Counted from the stretch's first letter, positions 18,602 to 27,914 are shown. The stretch is DNA of 32,000 bases from Erysipelothrix inopinata (GCF_014396165.1 NZ_CP060715.1:1500001-1532000), one strand, 5' to 3'. The notes: a model not told the origin generated them from the letters alone. Translations and numbers: made by a program.

Positions 18602-19222
18602 ATGAACAATATTATCCTAACATCATCCTTTGTGGATGTCGCAAACCATCTAAAATCAAATCGAATTTTAGTGATGGGTGATATCAAAAAAATTGCATTT
18701 ATTGCTACGGCATCTGAAGTTGAACCTGTTGATTTTTATGTTGATGAAGCAAGAACATGGTTTAGAGATCAAGGATGTGAACTGATTGAAATTCATTTAC
18801 GTGACATGAATCTTGATGAAATTACAGAAAATCTTGAAATGAGTGATCTTATCTACGTTTCAGGAGGCAATACATTTTATCTTCTTCAAGAATTGAAAAA
18901 TTCAAAAGTCGATAGATTGTTAGTCGATCAAATTCATCGAGGGAAACGTTACATTGGTGAATCTGCTGGATCTATCATTTTAGCGCCATCGATTGACTAC
19001 GTAACACTTATGGATGATGTGAATCAAGCGTTGGAACTTAAAAACTATGATGCTCTGAATATTCTTGATTTTTACCCGGTGCCACATAAAGATAATGATC
19101 CCTTTGTGGAAGCTGTTGACGAAATCCGTCTTAACTATGAAACGGAACGTGATGTCAAAGCGTTTTCTAATAATGAAGTTATCATTGTAAACGATGGGCA
19201 CTTTGAGAAGGTAAGTTATTAA
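18602..19222 (+). CDS. peptidase S51 family (dipeptidase E / PepE-like)
   Basis: IYVSGGNTFYLLQELK and GESAGSII (nucleophile Ser) motifs, then ...PVPH.... 206 aa. An extended -10 TGaTATAAT lies at 18569-18577. Confidence 0.65.
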   Translation: MNNIILTSSFVDVANHLKSNRILVMGDIKKIAFIATASEVEPVDFYVDEARTWFRDQGCELIEIHLRDMNLDEITENLEMSDLIYVSGGNTFYLLQELKNSKVDRLLVDQIHRGKRYIGESAGSIILAPSIDYVTLMDDVNQALELKNYDALNILDFYPVPHKDNDPFVEAVDEIRLNYETERDVKAFSNNEVIIVNDGHFEKVSY

Positions 19223-19225
19223 TTT

Positions 19226-19705
19226 ATGAATTTAGGTAAACATCAATCTTTCGTCATGCGTCAATATCAACGTGATGATCTTGAAAGTATTGTCAACTTA
19301 TTTTACGAAACCGTTCATTCTGTTAATTCTAAAGATTACACTGAGGAACAATGTGATGTTTGGGCAGACGGTAATCCGGATGTGTATGCTTGGCATCAGA
19401 GCTTAAGCCGAAATTATACACTTGTTGTTTATGATGGCACGACTCTTGTGGGATTTGGAGATTGTGATGATACAGGCTATTTAGATCGGTTGTTTGTCCA
19501 CAAAGATTATCAAGGATACAAAATTGCATCTCGAATCTGCGATGAACTCGAGCAGAATTGTCCCTATTCAATCACTACTCATGCTTCGATAACAGCGCAA
19601 CCTTTTTTTGAAAAACGAGGTTATCAGGTTGTGTCAGAGAATGTGGTAGAACGCAATGGTATTAAACTTAGCAATACGCTCATGAAGAAGATAAAGGAGA
19701 TTTGA
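19226..19705 (+). CDS. GNAT-family N-acetyltransferase (YafP-like)
   Basis: ...LVGFGD....GYLDRLFVHKDYQGYKIASRI... and C-terminal ASITAQPFFEKRGY. Starts 3 nt after the peptidase stop. Confidence 0.65.
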   Translation: MNLGKHQSFVMRQYQRDDLESIVNLFYETVHSVNSKDYTEEQCDVWADGNPDVYAWHQSLSRNYTLVVYDGTTLVGFGDCDDTGYLDRLFVHKDYQGYKIASRICDELEQNCPYSITTHASITAQPFFEKRGYQVVSENVVERNGIKLSNTLMKKIKEI

Positions 19706-19706
19706 A

Positions 19707-20249
19707 ATGATTGTAATCATAACTGGGGCATCCCACACAGGAAAAACGGCACTGGCTCAAAAGTTCTTGGAAGCATACCACTATCCCGTTTTATCCATAG
19801 ATTTACTCAAAATGGGATTGATCCGCAGTCGTCAAACAGAACTCACTCCTGATGATGACCTCGAACTCGAATATTATCTATGGCCAATTGTTTCCGAGAT
19901 GATAAAAACAGCAATCGAAAATAATCAAAATCTTATTGTTGAAGGATGTTATATACCGGCACGTTGGTACACGTCATTTACAGAAGAATACTTAAAACAT
20001 ATTCATAGTTATTGTCTTGTAATGAGTCAAGATTATATTAAAGGGAATTTTGACAGTATTAAGGAGTTTGCATCTGTTATTGAATCGCGATTGGATGATT
20101 CCTGGTGTACTCTTGAGTCAACGCTTACTGAAAACGCAGCGTATGAGAATGCATTCGTGGAATCAAAATATCAAAAAGTAATTTACATTGATACAGATTA
20201 TGATGTATCAAATTGCTTGGAGGATTTCAATGATGATTCGAAAACTTAA
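19707..20249 (+). CDS. P-loop NTPase, small-molecule/nucleotide-kinase-like
   Basis: Walker A at the extreme N-terminus (IIITGASHTGKTALA) and an NLIVEG Walker-B-like strand. 180 aa. Starts 1 nt after the GNAT stop. Confidence 0.5.
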   Translation: MIVIITGASHTGKTALAQKFLEAYHYPVLSIDLLKMGLIRSRQTELTPDDDLELEYYLWPIVSEMIKTAIENNQNLIVEGCYIPARWYTSFTEEYLKHIHSYCLVMSQDYIKGNFDSIKEFASVIESRLDDSWCTLESTLTENAAYENAFVESKYQKVIYIDTDYDVSNCLEDFNDDSKT

Positions 20250-20766
20250 TAAAAAAGATTATGAAGGTAAAAGCTATGATGTTACATACACAACAGATTC
20301 ATACTATGATGTGGAATTGTTGGAAGATGTCTTTTGGGGTGTGACTCTCGTGAAGAAATCATTTGATGGAATCCAACAAAAAGAATTCTCGGGTGAATGG
20401 TTTGCAAAACATCTAGAAAATCCAGTGTTGTTTGGTCTCGAAGTCGAAGGGGTGCTTGTGGGGTTCATTCAGATTGGTGAAGAATCTTGGCATCAACGCA
20501 TGCGAATTAGTGATATTATCATAGATGAACGGTATCGCCATAAGGGTTATGGGAGCAAGCTTATTCAGCATGTTATAAACTATGTTAAAAACGAACCCAT
20601 AAGAGAACTCGTGTTGGAAGTGCAATCATGTAATGTTAAAGCCATTAATATGTATCAAAAAAATGGATTTGATATTAAAGGGCTCGATATGACACATTAC
20701 ACAAATCATGATATTGAGAATCACGAGGTTCGCTTGGAAATGATGATGAGTATAGATCAAGGGTGA
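20230..20766 (+). CDS. GNAT acetyltransferase, streptothricin-acetyltransferase (Sat/Nat)-like
   Basis: SWHQRMRISDIIIDERYRHKGYGSKLI ... LVLEVQSCNVKAINMYQKNGFDIKGLDMTHY ... EVRLEMMM aligns by eye with the GWNRRL.VEDI.V...RG.G.G..L ... L.LE..N.N..A...Y...GF...G.D...Y core of streptothricin/nourseothricin acetyltransferases. ATG 20230 follows SD GGAGGA and overlaps the upstream gene by 20 nt. Confidence 0.55.
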   Translation: MMIRKLNKKDYEGKSYDVTYTTDSYYDVELLEDVFWGVTLVKKSFDGIQQKEFSGEWFAKHLENPVLFGLEVEGVLVGFIQIGEESWHQRMRISDIIIDERYRHKGYGSKLIQHVINYVKNEPIRELVLEVQSCNVKAINMYQKNGFDIKGLDMTHYTNHDIENHEVRLEMMMSIDQG

Positions 20767-20772
20767 GATAAG

Positions 20773-21189
20773 GTGTATTACTTTTTTAATAAACATAAAA
20801 TATTAAGAACAATACTTGATTGGATAGTTCTATTTGTTATCGGATTTTCAATCATGACACTCTTATCAAACGTAGAAATGCAAACGGGTTGGTTTGCACC
20901 TGTGTATATCAATGTATTTGTAATTTGCATTTTTGCGTATGTGGAACTTATTCATGAACCTAAAGAAAATCGCATGGATCTTGAAAACTGGATGAATAAC
21001 ATTCGATGGATTAATGGTATCAGTTTAGGGTTGCATACTACGGTCGGTTTTTCAAAAAAAGCATCTTTTGATGTCATCATCCCACCAATTTGGGATCAAA
21101 GTAGAAGTATGATTATTTTTACTTTAGCACTTTATCTTTTTATGATAATCGTTCCGACGCTTGTGATTGAAATAAGGAAACGTCGGTAG
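20773..21189 (+). CDS. small integral membrane protein (4 predicted TM), unknown function
   Basis: GTG start 6 nt after the preceding stop, with a GGGTGA SD-like sequence upstream. Hydrophobic segments throughout. Confidence 0.45.
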   Translation: MYYFFNKHKILRTILDWIVLFVIGFSIMTLLSNVEMQTGWFAPVYINVFVICIFAYVELIHEPKENRMDLENWMNNIRWINGISLGLHTTVGFSKKASFDVIIPPIWDQSRSMIIFTLALYLFMIIVPTLVIEIRKRR

Positions 21190-21240
21190 TATAAAAAAAT
21201 TTAGTTTATATTGCACAGTTAATAGACAGGAGAAGTTACT

Positions 21241-21702
21241 ATGAATAAAGATAATCTAATTGAATTTTTAATCGAGGCAAAGAAAAATACTTATGCATCA
21301 AGTACTGGAAAAGTATCGAGTAGTCGACCTAATTCCTATGATTTAGAATTCAATTTAGGAGAACTGAAATATATTGATAGTTATTTAGGCACACATTTAT
21401 TTACGGGTGAAGAAGCTATTTGGAATGAATTAAAACCGGTTTGGTCTATGAACTATACCGGAAGAGTACTTAATGAAGATAAGTTTTCAAGTGACTTCTT
21501 GAAAAAATCGTTGATGGAACCAACATGTCTCTATCCATATAGAGGAAAACCTATATTCAAAGATGGTGAATATACCTATGTTATGGAAGTCACTGGAGAT
21601 TTTTCATGGTTTGTGGGAAGAGAGGTTATCTTTTTTAAAGATGAACTAATTTATGAATTGAATTTTCATGGTGGTCTCGTTTTGGATAAACACTTTGACT
21701 AA
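21241..21702 (+). CDS. hypothetical soluble protein (resembles DUF5680-type proteins)
   Basis: 153 aa, SD AGGAG upstream. The N-terminal ...LIEFLIEAKKNTYAS... pattern is recalled from DUF5680 proteins, with low certainty. Confidence 0.45.
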   Translation: MNKDNLIEFLIEAKKNTYASSTGKVSSSRPNSYDLEFNLGELKYIDSYLGTHLFTGEEAIWNELKPVWSMNYTGRVLNEDKFSSDFLKKSLMEPTCLYPYRGKPIFKDGEYTYVMEVTGDFSWFVGREVIFFKDELIYELNFHGGLVLDKHFD

Positions 21703-21790
21703 ATTAATATTATCATATAAAAAACGTAGATTTGAACGAATCGTGATGTGGTGGTGCGAGCGATTGGAATGACTGATGATTATAATTTCA

Positions 21791-21819
21791 TTGCAAACAC
21801 GCTTGTTTTGTGATAGATT
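21791..21819 (+). promoter_or_regulatory. promoter of the hisS-aspS leader
   Basis: TTGCAA 21791-21796, 17-nt spacer ending in TGa, TAGATT 21814-21819. Confidence 0.45.
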
Positions 21820-21824
21820 ATTGA

Positions 21825-22030
21825 TATATTCGTTGAACATGATTAAATAAATTAAAAAAGCGTAGAGAAGTGCTGGTTGGTGAAAAGTGCTGATTTTTGA
21901 TTTATGGGACACATGGGAGAAGCTATCTTGAATAGAGTAGAGACTAGCCGTTGCTCGCGTTAAGAGTTTGAGTATAAAACAAAGGTGGTACCACGCTTTT
22001 AGCGTCCTTGGTAGCACCTTTTATGTTATT
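21825..22030 (+). promoter_or_regulatory. T-box riboswitch leader of hisS-aspS
   Basis: AG-bulge AGAGA (21864-21868). Distal-loop GGTTGGTGAAA flanked by self-pairing AGTGCT arms. F-box-like GCGTTA (21957-21962). T-box AAAGGTGGTACCACGC (21981-21996). Terminator arm GCGTCCTTGGTAGCACCTT (22002-22020) followed by a T-rich tail. Confidence 0.8.
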
Positions 22031-22047
22031 TTGAAGGAGGAATAGTG

Positions 22048-23319
22048 ATGAGTTATAGAGCACCAAGAGGAACTCAAGATGTCTTGGGTGAAGAAGTCAA
22101 AAAATGGCAAGAAGTTGAAAAATTAGCAAGAGAGATTTGTGAACGTTATCATATTTCGGAACTTCGAACACCTATTTTCGAACATACAGAAGTATTTGCT
22201 CGTGGGAATGATGCGAGTGATATGGTTAATAAAGAAATGTATACCTTTATGGACCGTGGTGAGCGATCACTAACTTTAAAACCTGAAGGAACAGCGGGGC
22301 TGGTTCGTGCATTTGTAGAACACAAATTATATGCTAACCCAAGTTCGGTTCAACGTTTCTTTTATTTCTCACCAAATTTCAGATATGAAAGACCGCAAAA
22401 GGGAAGAATGCGTATTTTCCACCAATTTGGTGTTGAATTCTTCGGAGAAGCCAATCCTTATCTGGATTTAGAATCTATTATGGTTGGTCTTAATCTTTTA
22501 GATGAGATTGGTGTTCACAAGTACAAACTTGTGATTAATACATTGGGAGATGCTGAGAGTCAAGCGGCATATAAAGTGGCTTTAAAAGAACACTTTAAAC
22601 CACATCTAGATACGCTATGCTCGGATTGTCAGAGACGTTACGAACAGAATCCGTTGCGCATGTTGGATTGTAAAGTTGATCATGATCATGAAGCAATGAA
22701 AACAGCGCCCATTAATTTGGATTACCTTAACGAAGAGTCACAAACATATTTTGAAACTTTGAAGAAAACTCTTGATGAACAAAATATTCCTTACGAAGTA
22801 GATCCTAGAATGGTTCGTGGGCTTGATTACTATACACACACAGTTTATGAGGTTATTTCAACGGATGAAAATGCGGCAGCTCAATCTACGATCTTTGCAG
22901 GAGGCCGTTACAGCCACATGGTGGAATACTTTGGTGGACCACAAACAGATGCAGTTGGCTTTGCTGTTGGGATTGAACGTCTGTTGATTTATGCAGAGCT
23001 TGCGGGTGTTAAGTTTGATACCGGAGAACATGTTGATGTCTTTGCAATGCCAATGGGGCAAGAGTCCAATATGCAATTGTTTAAGTTGATTACAGAACTT
23101 CGTAAAGCAGGATTCTGTGCAGATATGGATTATGAAAACAAGTCTATGAAAGCACAATTCAAAATGGTAGATCGTACAAATGCTAAGATTGCCATGATTT
23201 CAGGTGGTAATGAACTTGAGCAAGGTGTCGTTAATTTGAAGAATATTGAAACTCAAGAACAGGTAACTGTAAGCTATGAGGATGTCGTTGGACAAGTTAG
23301 AAAGTGGTTAGGTAAATAA
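22048..23319 (+). CDS. hisS: histidine--tRNA ligase
   Basis: Class II aaRS motifs (LRTPIFE, ...FRYERPQKGR..., ...GGGRY-like AGGRYS, GFAVGIERL). ATG 22048 lies 8 nt after GGAGG. Confidence 0.9.
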   Translation: MSYRAPRGTQDVLGEEVKKWQEVEKLAREICERYHISELRTPIFEHTEVFARGNDASDMVNKEMYTFMDRGERSLTLKPEGTAGLVRAFVEHKLYANPSSVQRFFYFSPNFRYERPQKGRMRIFHQFGVEFFGEANPYLDLESIMVGLNLLDEIGVHKYKLVINTLGDAESQAAYKVALKEHFKPHLDTLCSDCQRRYEQNPLRMLDCKVDHDHEAMKTAPINLDYLNEESQTYFETLKKTLDEQNIPYEVDPRMVRGLDYYTHTVYEVISTDENAAAQSTIFAGGRYSHMVEYFGGPQTDAVGFAVGIERLLIYAELAGVKFDTGEHVDVFAMPMGQESNMQLFKLITELRKAGFCADMDYENKSMKAQFKMVDRTNAKIAMISGGNELEQGVVNLKNIETQEQVTVSYEDVVGQVRKWLGK

Positions 23320-23320
23320 T

Positions 23321-25069
23321 ATGAATCGTACACATCATAATGGAATATTAAGAATGGAACATGTAGGGCAGGAAGTTGAACTTGTAGGTTGGGTTGCGAA
23401 ACGTCGTAACTTTGGTTCAATCAACTTTATTGATCTTCGTGACCGTAGTGGTATTGTTCAATTGGTAGTCAATCATGATGAATATCCAATTGTTCAAGAA
23501 TTGAAAAATGAATATGTTGTATCCGTAAAAGGTCTTGTTCGTGAACGTCAAGATAAAAATGCGAAACTTGCAACTGGTGATATCGAAGTTGATGTTAAGG
23601 AAGTAACGATCATTAACAAGGCGGCTCAAACACCGATGATTATCGCTGACGAAACGGATGCTCTTGAAGATACTCGTTTAAAATATCGTTACTTAGATCT
23701 CAGAAGACCGGTAATGCAAGAACGTTTAATTAAACGTGCAGCAATCGTGAGTGAAATGCGTAAAACTTTGGATAACATGGGATTCATTGATGTTGAAACA
23801 CCAATGCTTACAAAATCTACACCTGAAGGAGCACGAGAATATCTTGTACCATCACGTGTTCATGAAGGAGAATTCTACGCGTTAGCGCAATCACCACAAA
23901 TCTTTAAACAACTCTTAATGATCGGTGGCATGGAACGTTATTATCAAGTTGCACGTTGTTTCCGTGATGAGGATTTACGTGCTGACCGTCAATTGGACTT
24001 TACTCAAGTTGATATTGAGGCATCATTTTTAGACCAAAATCAATTCATGGATATTATTGAAACAATCGTTGATGACGTTATGATCAACGTTATGCATGAA
24101 GAAAAACATGAAATTCCAAAAATTAAATTTGTAGATGCACTTAATTATTATGGAAGTGATAAACCAGACTTAAGATTTGAAATGAAATTAATTGACTTTG
24201 CACCTATCTTTGCTCAAAGTGAATTCAAAGTGTTTAGTGACACATTGGAAAATGGTGGCGTTCTTAAAGGGCTAGTTCTTAAGGGACATGCTGAAACACT
24301 GACCCGTAAAGTTACAGATAAATATACTGATTTAGTTAAAAAATATGGTTTAAAAGGACTTGTTGCTCTTAAATACGAAGAAGCAGGCTTCTCAGGAAGT
24401 GCAGCTAAATTCATTTCTGAAGCAGAACAAGCACAAATGGTAGAAACATTAGGACTTGAATTTGGTGATGCAATCTTTATCGGTAGTGGTGAATGGGAAC
24501 TTACATGTACTGCTATTGGTGCACTTCGTCTCCAATTAGCAAAAGATTACAATCTCATCCCAGAAAATAAATTTGCATATTGCTGGGTTGTTGATTTCCC
24601 AATGTTTGAAATGGAAGATGGTGTCATCATTGCGCGTCACCACCCATTTACAGCACCTGTACAAGAACATGTTGCGTTCCTTGATGAAAGACCTCTCGAT
24701 GTAATTGCTCAGGCCTATGACCTTGTTCTTAATGGATTCGAAGTAGCTGGTGGATCCATGAGAATATATCAACAAGAACTCCAAGAAAAAATGTTTGAAA
24801 TTATTGGCTTCACTCCAGAAGAAATTCAACGTCGCTTTGGATTCTTCGTCGATGCATTCAAGTATGGTACTCCGCCACATGGTGGAATTGCATTCGGACT
24901 TGACCGTTACGCAATGGCATTAACTCACTCCGAAACAATCCGTGACGTTATTGCATTCCCTAAAAATGCATCAGCACGTTGTCCATTGACAAATGCACCA
25001 TCTCCAGCTGTTGATAAACAATTGAAAGAACTTCATCTTGAAATTGTGAAAAGCAGTCACGAGGAATAA
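23321..25069 (+). CDS. aspS: aspartate--tRNA ligase
   Basis: OB-fold N-terminus (GWV..RR..G...FIDLRDRSG), QSPQ.FKQLLM, FRDEDLRADRQ.DFTQ.D.E, GGSMRI, GGIAFGLDR. Starts 1 nt after the hisS stop. Confidence 0.9.
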   Translation: MNRTHHNGILRMEHVGQEVELVGWVAKRRNFGSINFIDLRDRSGIVQLVVNHDEYPIVQELKNEYVVSVKGLVRERQDKNAKLATGDIEVDVKEVTIINKAAQTPMIIADETDALEDTRLKYRYLDLRRPVMQERLIKRAAIVSEMRKTLDNMGFIDVETPMLTKSTPEGAREYLVPSRVHEGEFYALAQSPQIFKQLLMIGGMERYYQVARCFRDEDLRADRQLDFTQVDIEASFLDQNQFMDIIETIVDDVMINVMHEEKHEIPKIKFVDALNYYGSDKPDLRFEMKLIDFAPIFAQSEFKVFSDTLENGGVLKGLVLKGHAETLTRKVTDKYTDLVKKYGLKGLVALKYEEAGFSGSAAKFISEAEQAQMVETLGLEFGDAIFIGSGEWELTCTAIGALRLQLAKDYNLIPENKFAYCWVVDFPMFEMEDGVIIARHHPFTAPVQEHVAFLDERPLDVIAQAYDLVLNGFEVAGGSMRIYQQELQEKMFEIIGFTPEEIQRRFGFFVDAFKYGTPPHGGIAFGLDRYAMALTHSETIRDVIAFPKNASARCPLTNAPSPAVDKQLKELHLEIVKSSHEE

Positions 25070-25075
25070 AAATTA

Positions 25076-25099
25076 AAAGTGGTTCACGCCACTTTTTTT
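25076..25099 (+). terminator. rho-independent terminator after aspS
   Basis: AAAGTGG-TTCACG-CCACTTT followed by a T-run. Confidence 0.7.
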
Positions 25100-25189
25100 G
25101 TTGGTTAAAATAGACAATGATATACTATTAATAGAGAACCATGTCGAGGATTGGGTTTTAATAGAGACAATAGGAAAAGGAGGGAAATA

Positions 25190-25597
25190 ATGATAATTTT
25201 AGAATATAGCGAAGAAAGAGACTTTGACCGCGTTGAACTTTTATACCGTGACGCTCAATGGATGATCTATCTTGAAGATATTGAGAGACTAAGAAGAGCC
25301 TATCAGAATTCGTTGATTGCGTTTGTGGCTTATGACCGTGAAAAATTAGTGGGCGTCGTTCGTGCGGTGGGAGATGGTGAAACAATTCTATACATACAAG
25401 ATATCATCGTTCATTCTTCGTCCCAAAGGAAAAATATCGGGTCGAAGCTTATCCTTCAGTTACTTGAAAAGTACTCGCACATCCGTCAAATTATACTGCT
25501 GACGGAAAATGAAACTAAGACAATTGGATTCTATGATTCGTTAGGCTTTAAGGATGTAGATGGCCTTAATTGTGTTGCATTTGCAAAAATCAAATAA
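25190..25597 (+). CDS. GNAT-family N-acetyltransferase
   Basis: ...LVGVVRAVGDG..ILYIQDIIVHSSSQRKNIGSKLI... (acetyl-CoA binding Q/RxxGxG/A-like) and ...FYDSLGF. ATG 25190 lies behind SD AGGAGGG and is preferred to the TTG at 25151. Confidence 0.65.
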   Translation: MIILEYSEERDFDRVELLYRDAQWMIYLEDIERLRRAYQNSLIAFVAYDREKLVGVVRAVGDGETILYIQDIIVHSSSQRKNIGSKLILQLLEKYSHIRQIILLTENETKTIGFYDSLGFKDVDGLNCVAFAKIK

Positions 25598-25627
25598 TTT
25601 ACAGAGTACATTACTGGCAATCTATCA

Positions 25628-25641
25628 TCTACAAGTGTAGA
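25628..25641. promoter_or_regulatory. cop-box-like operator TCTACAAGTGTAGA (TACAnnTGTA core)
   Basis: 6-bp perfect inverted arms around AG, 24 nt upstream of the copB-type ATG. The core matches the CopY-type cop box consensus TACAnnTGTA. Confidence 0.5.
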
Positions 25642-25664
25642 CTATAGATAAGGAAGGTGACACT

Positions 25665-27791
25665 ATGGAACACAATCACGATGAAATGAAACATAATCAC
25701 AACGAAATGAAGCATCATGAAGAACACAATCACGAACATCATGATCACAATCATCATAACCATGAAATGATGGAACATGAGCATCATGGAAATCATAATG
25801 ATACGGATCATTCTCATATGGATCATTCGATGCATGGTATGGGTAATTTGAAGAGAAAGTTTTTTGTTTCTTTAATTTTCGCAATTCCAATCATGTTCAT
25901 ATCACCAATGATGGGAATAACACTGCCATTCCAGATATCATTTAAATATTCAGAATGGGTAGTCTTGATTCTTTCAACAATCTTATTCTTTTATGGAGGA
26001 ATGCCGTTCTTAAAAGGAGCGAAAATGGAACTGAAAATGAAAAATCCAGGTATGATGACCTTAATTTCATTGGGAATTACAGTTGCATACGGATATTCTA
26101 TTTATGCCTTTGTGATGAATCATTTAGTGCAAAGTTCTGTTCATGTTATGGATTTCTTTTGGGAACTTGCGAGCTTAATTGCAATCATGCTCTTAGGACA
26201 CTGGGTTGAAATGAATGCGGTAAGTGATGCAGGAAACGCATTAGAAAAAATGGCGTCTCTATTACCGAAGGATGCACGTGTTGTGCGCGAAGATGGTACA
26301 TTTGAAACCATTCCGCTTACTGAAGTAAAAATTGGTGATGTCGTTCAAGTTAGCGCAGGACAAACAATTCCGGCAGATGGTCATGTCATCAAGGGAAATA
26401 GTACCGTCAATGAATCAATGATCACTGGTGAATCACTTGGTGTTAAGAAAGATGTGGATGACAAAGTAATTGGTGGATCTACGAATGGTAACGGTACATT
26501 ACTTGTTGAGGTTGATGGTACTGGAGAATCAGGATACTTGTCACAAGTAATGACGCTGGTTTCGGATGCTCAAAAAGATAAATCTAAAAATGAATTGCTT
26601 TCAAATAAGGTTGCGCAATACTTATTCTATATTGCTTTGTTTGTCGGACTCTTAACTTTCATTATCTGGTTTAGTGTTACCCGCGACAGCAATATTGCTC
26701 TTGAAAGATTGGTAACTGTATTAATTATTGCGTGTCCTCATGCATTGGGTCTTGCGATTCCGCTTGTTGTTGCACGCTCAACTTCTATCGCTGCGAAAAA
26801 TGGTTTGTTGATTCGTAATCGTGAATCCTTTGAAAATGCACATAAAGTAGATATGGTACTTATGGATAAGACGGGAACACTTACTTATGGTAATTTTGAA
26901 CTTAATCATTATGATTCAATGGATGAAGTATTCACTGATGAAGATGTTCTTAGCATCTTTGCTTCACTGGAACAAGGATCGTCTCATCCACTTGCAGTCG
27001 GGATATTGAAAAAGGCTGAGGCATTGAATCTTGACATTGCCCATGCTGATGGTATTGAAACAATTCCGGGAGTGGGAATGAAAGGTGTCTTAAATCAAGA
27101 AGAATACCTTATTGTGAATGAGAAGTATCTTATTGAAAATCAATTTTCATATGATAAAGACCGTGTCGAGCGTTTAGCAAAACAAGGGAACTCAATGAGT
27201 TTCTTGATAAGAAATAAAGATGTCATCGGAGTGGTTGCTCAAGGTGATAAAATCAAAGAAGCATCTTATGAATTAATTAAAACATTAAAATCAATGGATG
27301 TAGAACCTGTTATGTTAACGGGAGACAATGAGCATTTTGCGAAAATGGTTGCTCAGGAATTGGGCATTAAACGCTATTATGCGGAGTTGAAACCAGAAGA
27401 TAAGGAATCGATAGTTCGTAAACTACAATCAGAAGGAAAACGGGTTATGATGGTTGGGGATGGTGTTAATGATGCTCCAGCACTTGCTCGTGCTAATGTT
27501 GGCGTCGCAATCGGTGCTGGAACCGAAGTGGTGATTGATTCTGCGGATGTTATTCTTGTGAAAAGTGATCCTAAAGATATTCTTAATCTCTTACGACTCA
27601 GTAAGAAGACGTCTCGTAAGGTGATTGAAAACTTATGGTGGGGAGCAGGATATAATTTCATTGCAATTCCCTTGGCAGCTGGTATCTTAGCACCAATAGG
27701 AATTCTTCTAACGCCAGCAGTTGGTGCGGTATTCATGTCATTAAGTACTGTGATTGTAGCAATCAATGCCATGTTACTTAAACTTGATTAG
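25665..27791 (+). CDS. copB: heavy-metal P1B-type ATPase, CopB-like (P1B-3: His-rich N-terminus, CPH motif)
   Basis: About 60-aa His-rich N-terminus, TGES, TM CPH ([13 protein letters not shown]), [18 protein letters not shown]. 708 aa. Confidence 0.8.
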   Translation: MEHNHDEMKHNHNEMKHHEEHNHEHHDHNHHNHEMMEHEHHGNHNDTDHSHMDHSMHGMGNLKRKFFVSLIFAIPIMFISPMMGITLPFQISFKYSEWVVLILSTILFFYGGMPFLKGAKMELKMKNPGMMTLISLGITVAYGYSIYAFVMNHLVQSSVHVMDFFWELASLIAIMLLGHWVEMNAVSDAGNALEKMASLLPKDARVVREDGTFETIPLTEVKIGDVVQVSAGQTIPADGHVIKGNSTVNESMITGESLGVKKDVDDKVIGGSTNGNGTLLVEVDGTGESGYLSQVMTLVSDAQKDKSKNELLSNKVAQYLFYIALFVGLLTFIIWFSVTRDSNIALERLVTVLIIACPHALGLAIPLVVARSTSIAAKNGLLIRNRESFENAHKVDMVLMDKTGTLTYGNFELNHYDSMDEVFTDEDVLSIFASLEQGSSHPLAVGILKKAEALNLDIAHADGIETIPGVGMKGVLNQEEYLIVNEKYLIENQFSYDKDRVERLAKQGNSMSFLIRNKDVIGVVAQGDKIKEASYELIKTLKSMDVEPVMLTGDNEHFAKMVAQELGIKRYYAELKPEDKESIVRKLQSEGKRVMMVGDGVNDAPALARANVGVAIGAGTEVVIDSADVILVKSDPKDILNLLRLSKKTSRKVIENLWWGAGYNFIAIPLAAGILAPIGILLTPAVGAVFMSLSTVIVAINAMLLKLD

Positions 27792-27793
27792 TT

Positions 27794-27821
27794 AATAAGG
27801 AGTTCAATAGAACTCCTTATT
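27794..27821 (+). terminator. perfect 12-bp hairpin after the ATPase gene
   Basis: AATAAGGAGTTC-AATA-GAACTCCTTATT. There is only a short T tail, so terminator function is uncertain. Confidence 0.5.
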
Positions 27822-27914
27822 GGTATGACATTATCTTTAATTAACTATCAAAAGTAGTAGAGTTATATAAAGAGCGAAAAATGGATAAGAGTGAGATAAG
27901 TTAGTCATAAAACC

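Noticed and set aside
21646-22017. 123-aa minus-strand ORF between the DUF-like gene and hisS.
   Set aside because: It overlaps the whole T-box leader, which has clear conserved RNA motifs on the plus strand. It has no SD and a low-complexity composition.
25629-25890. Two minus-strand ORFs (68 aa and 75 aa) rich in M/I/H/D.
   Set aside because: They are mirror-image artefacts of the CAT/CAC/GAT-rich His-tract coding region of the copB-type gene. They have no SD and are fully contained in a strong plus-strand CDS.
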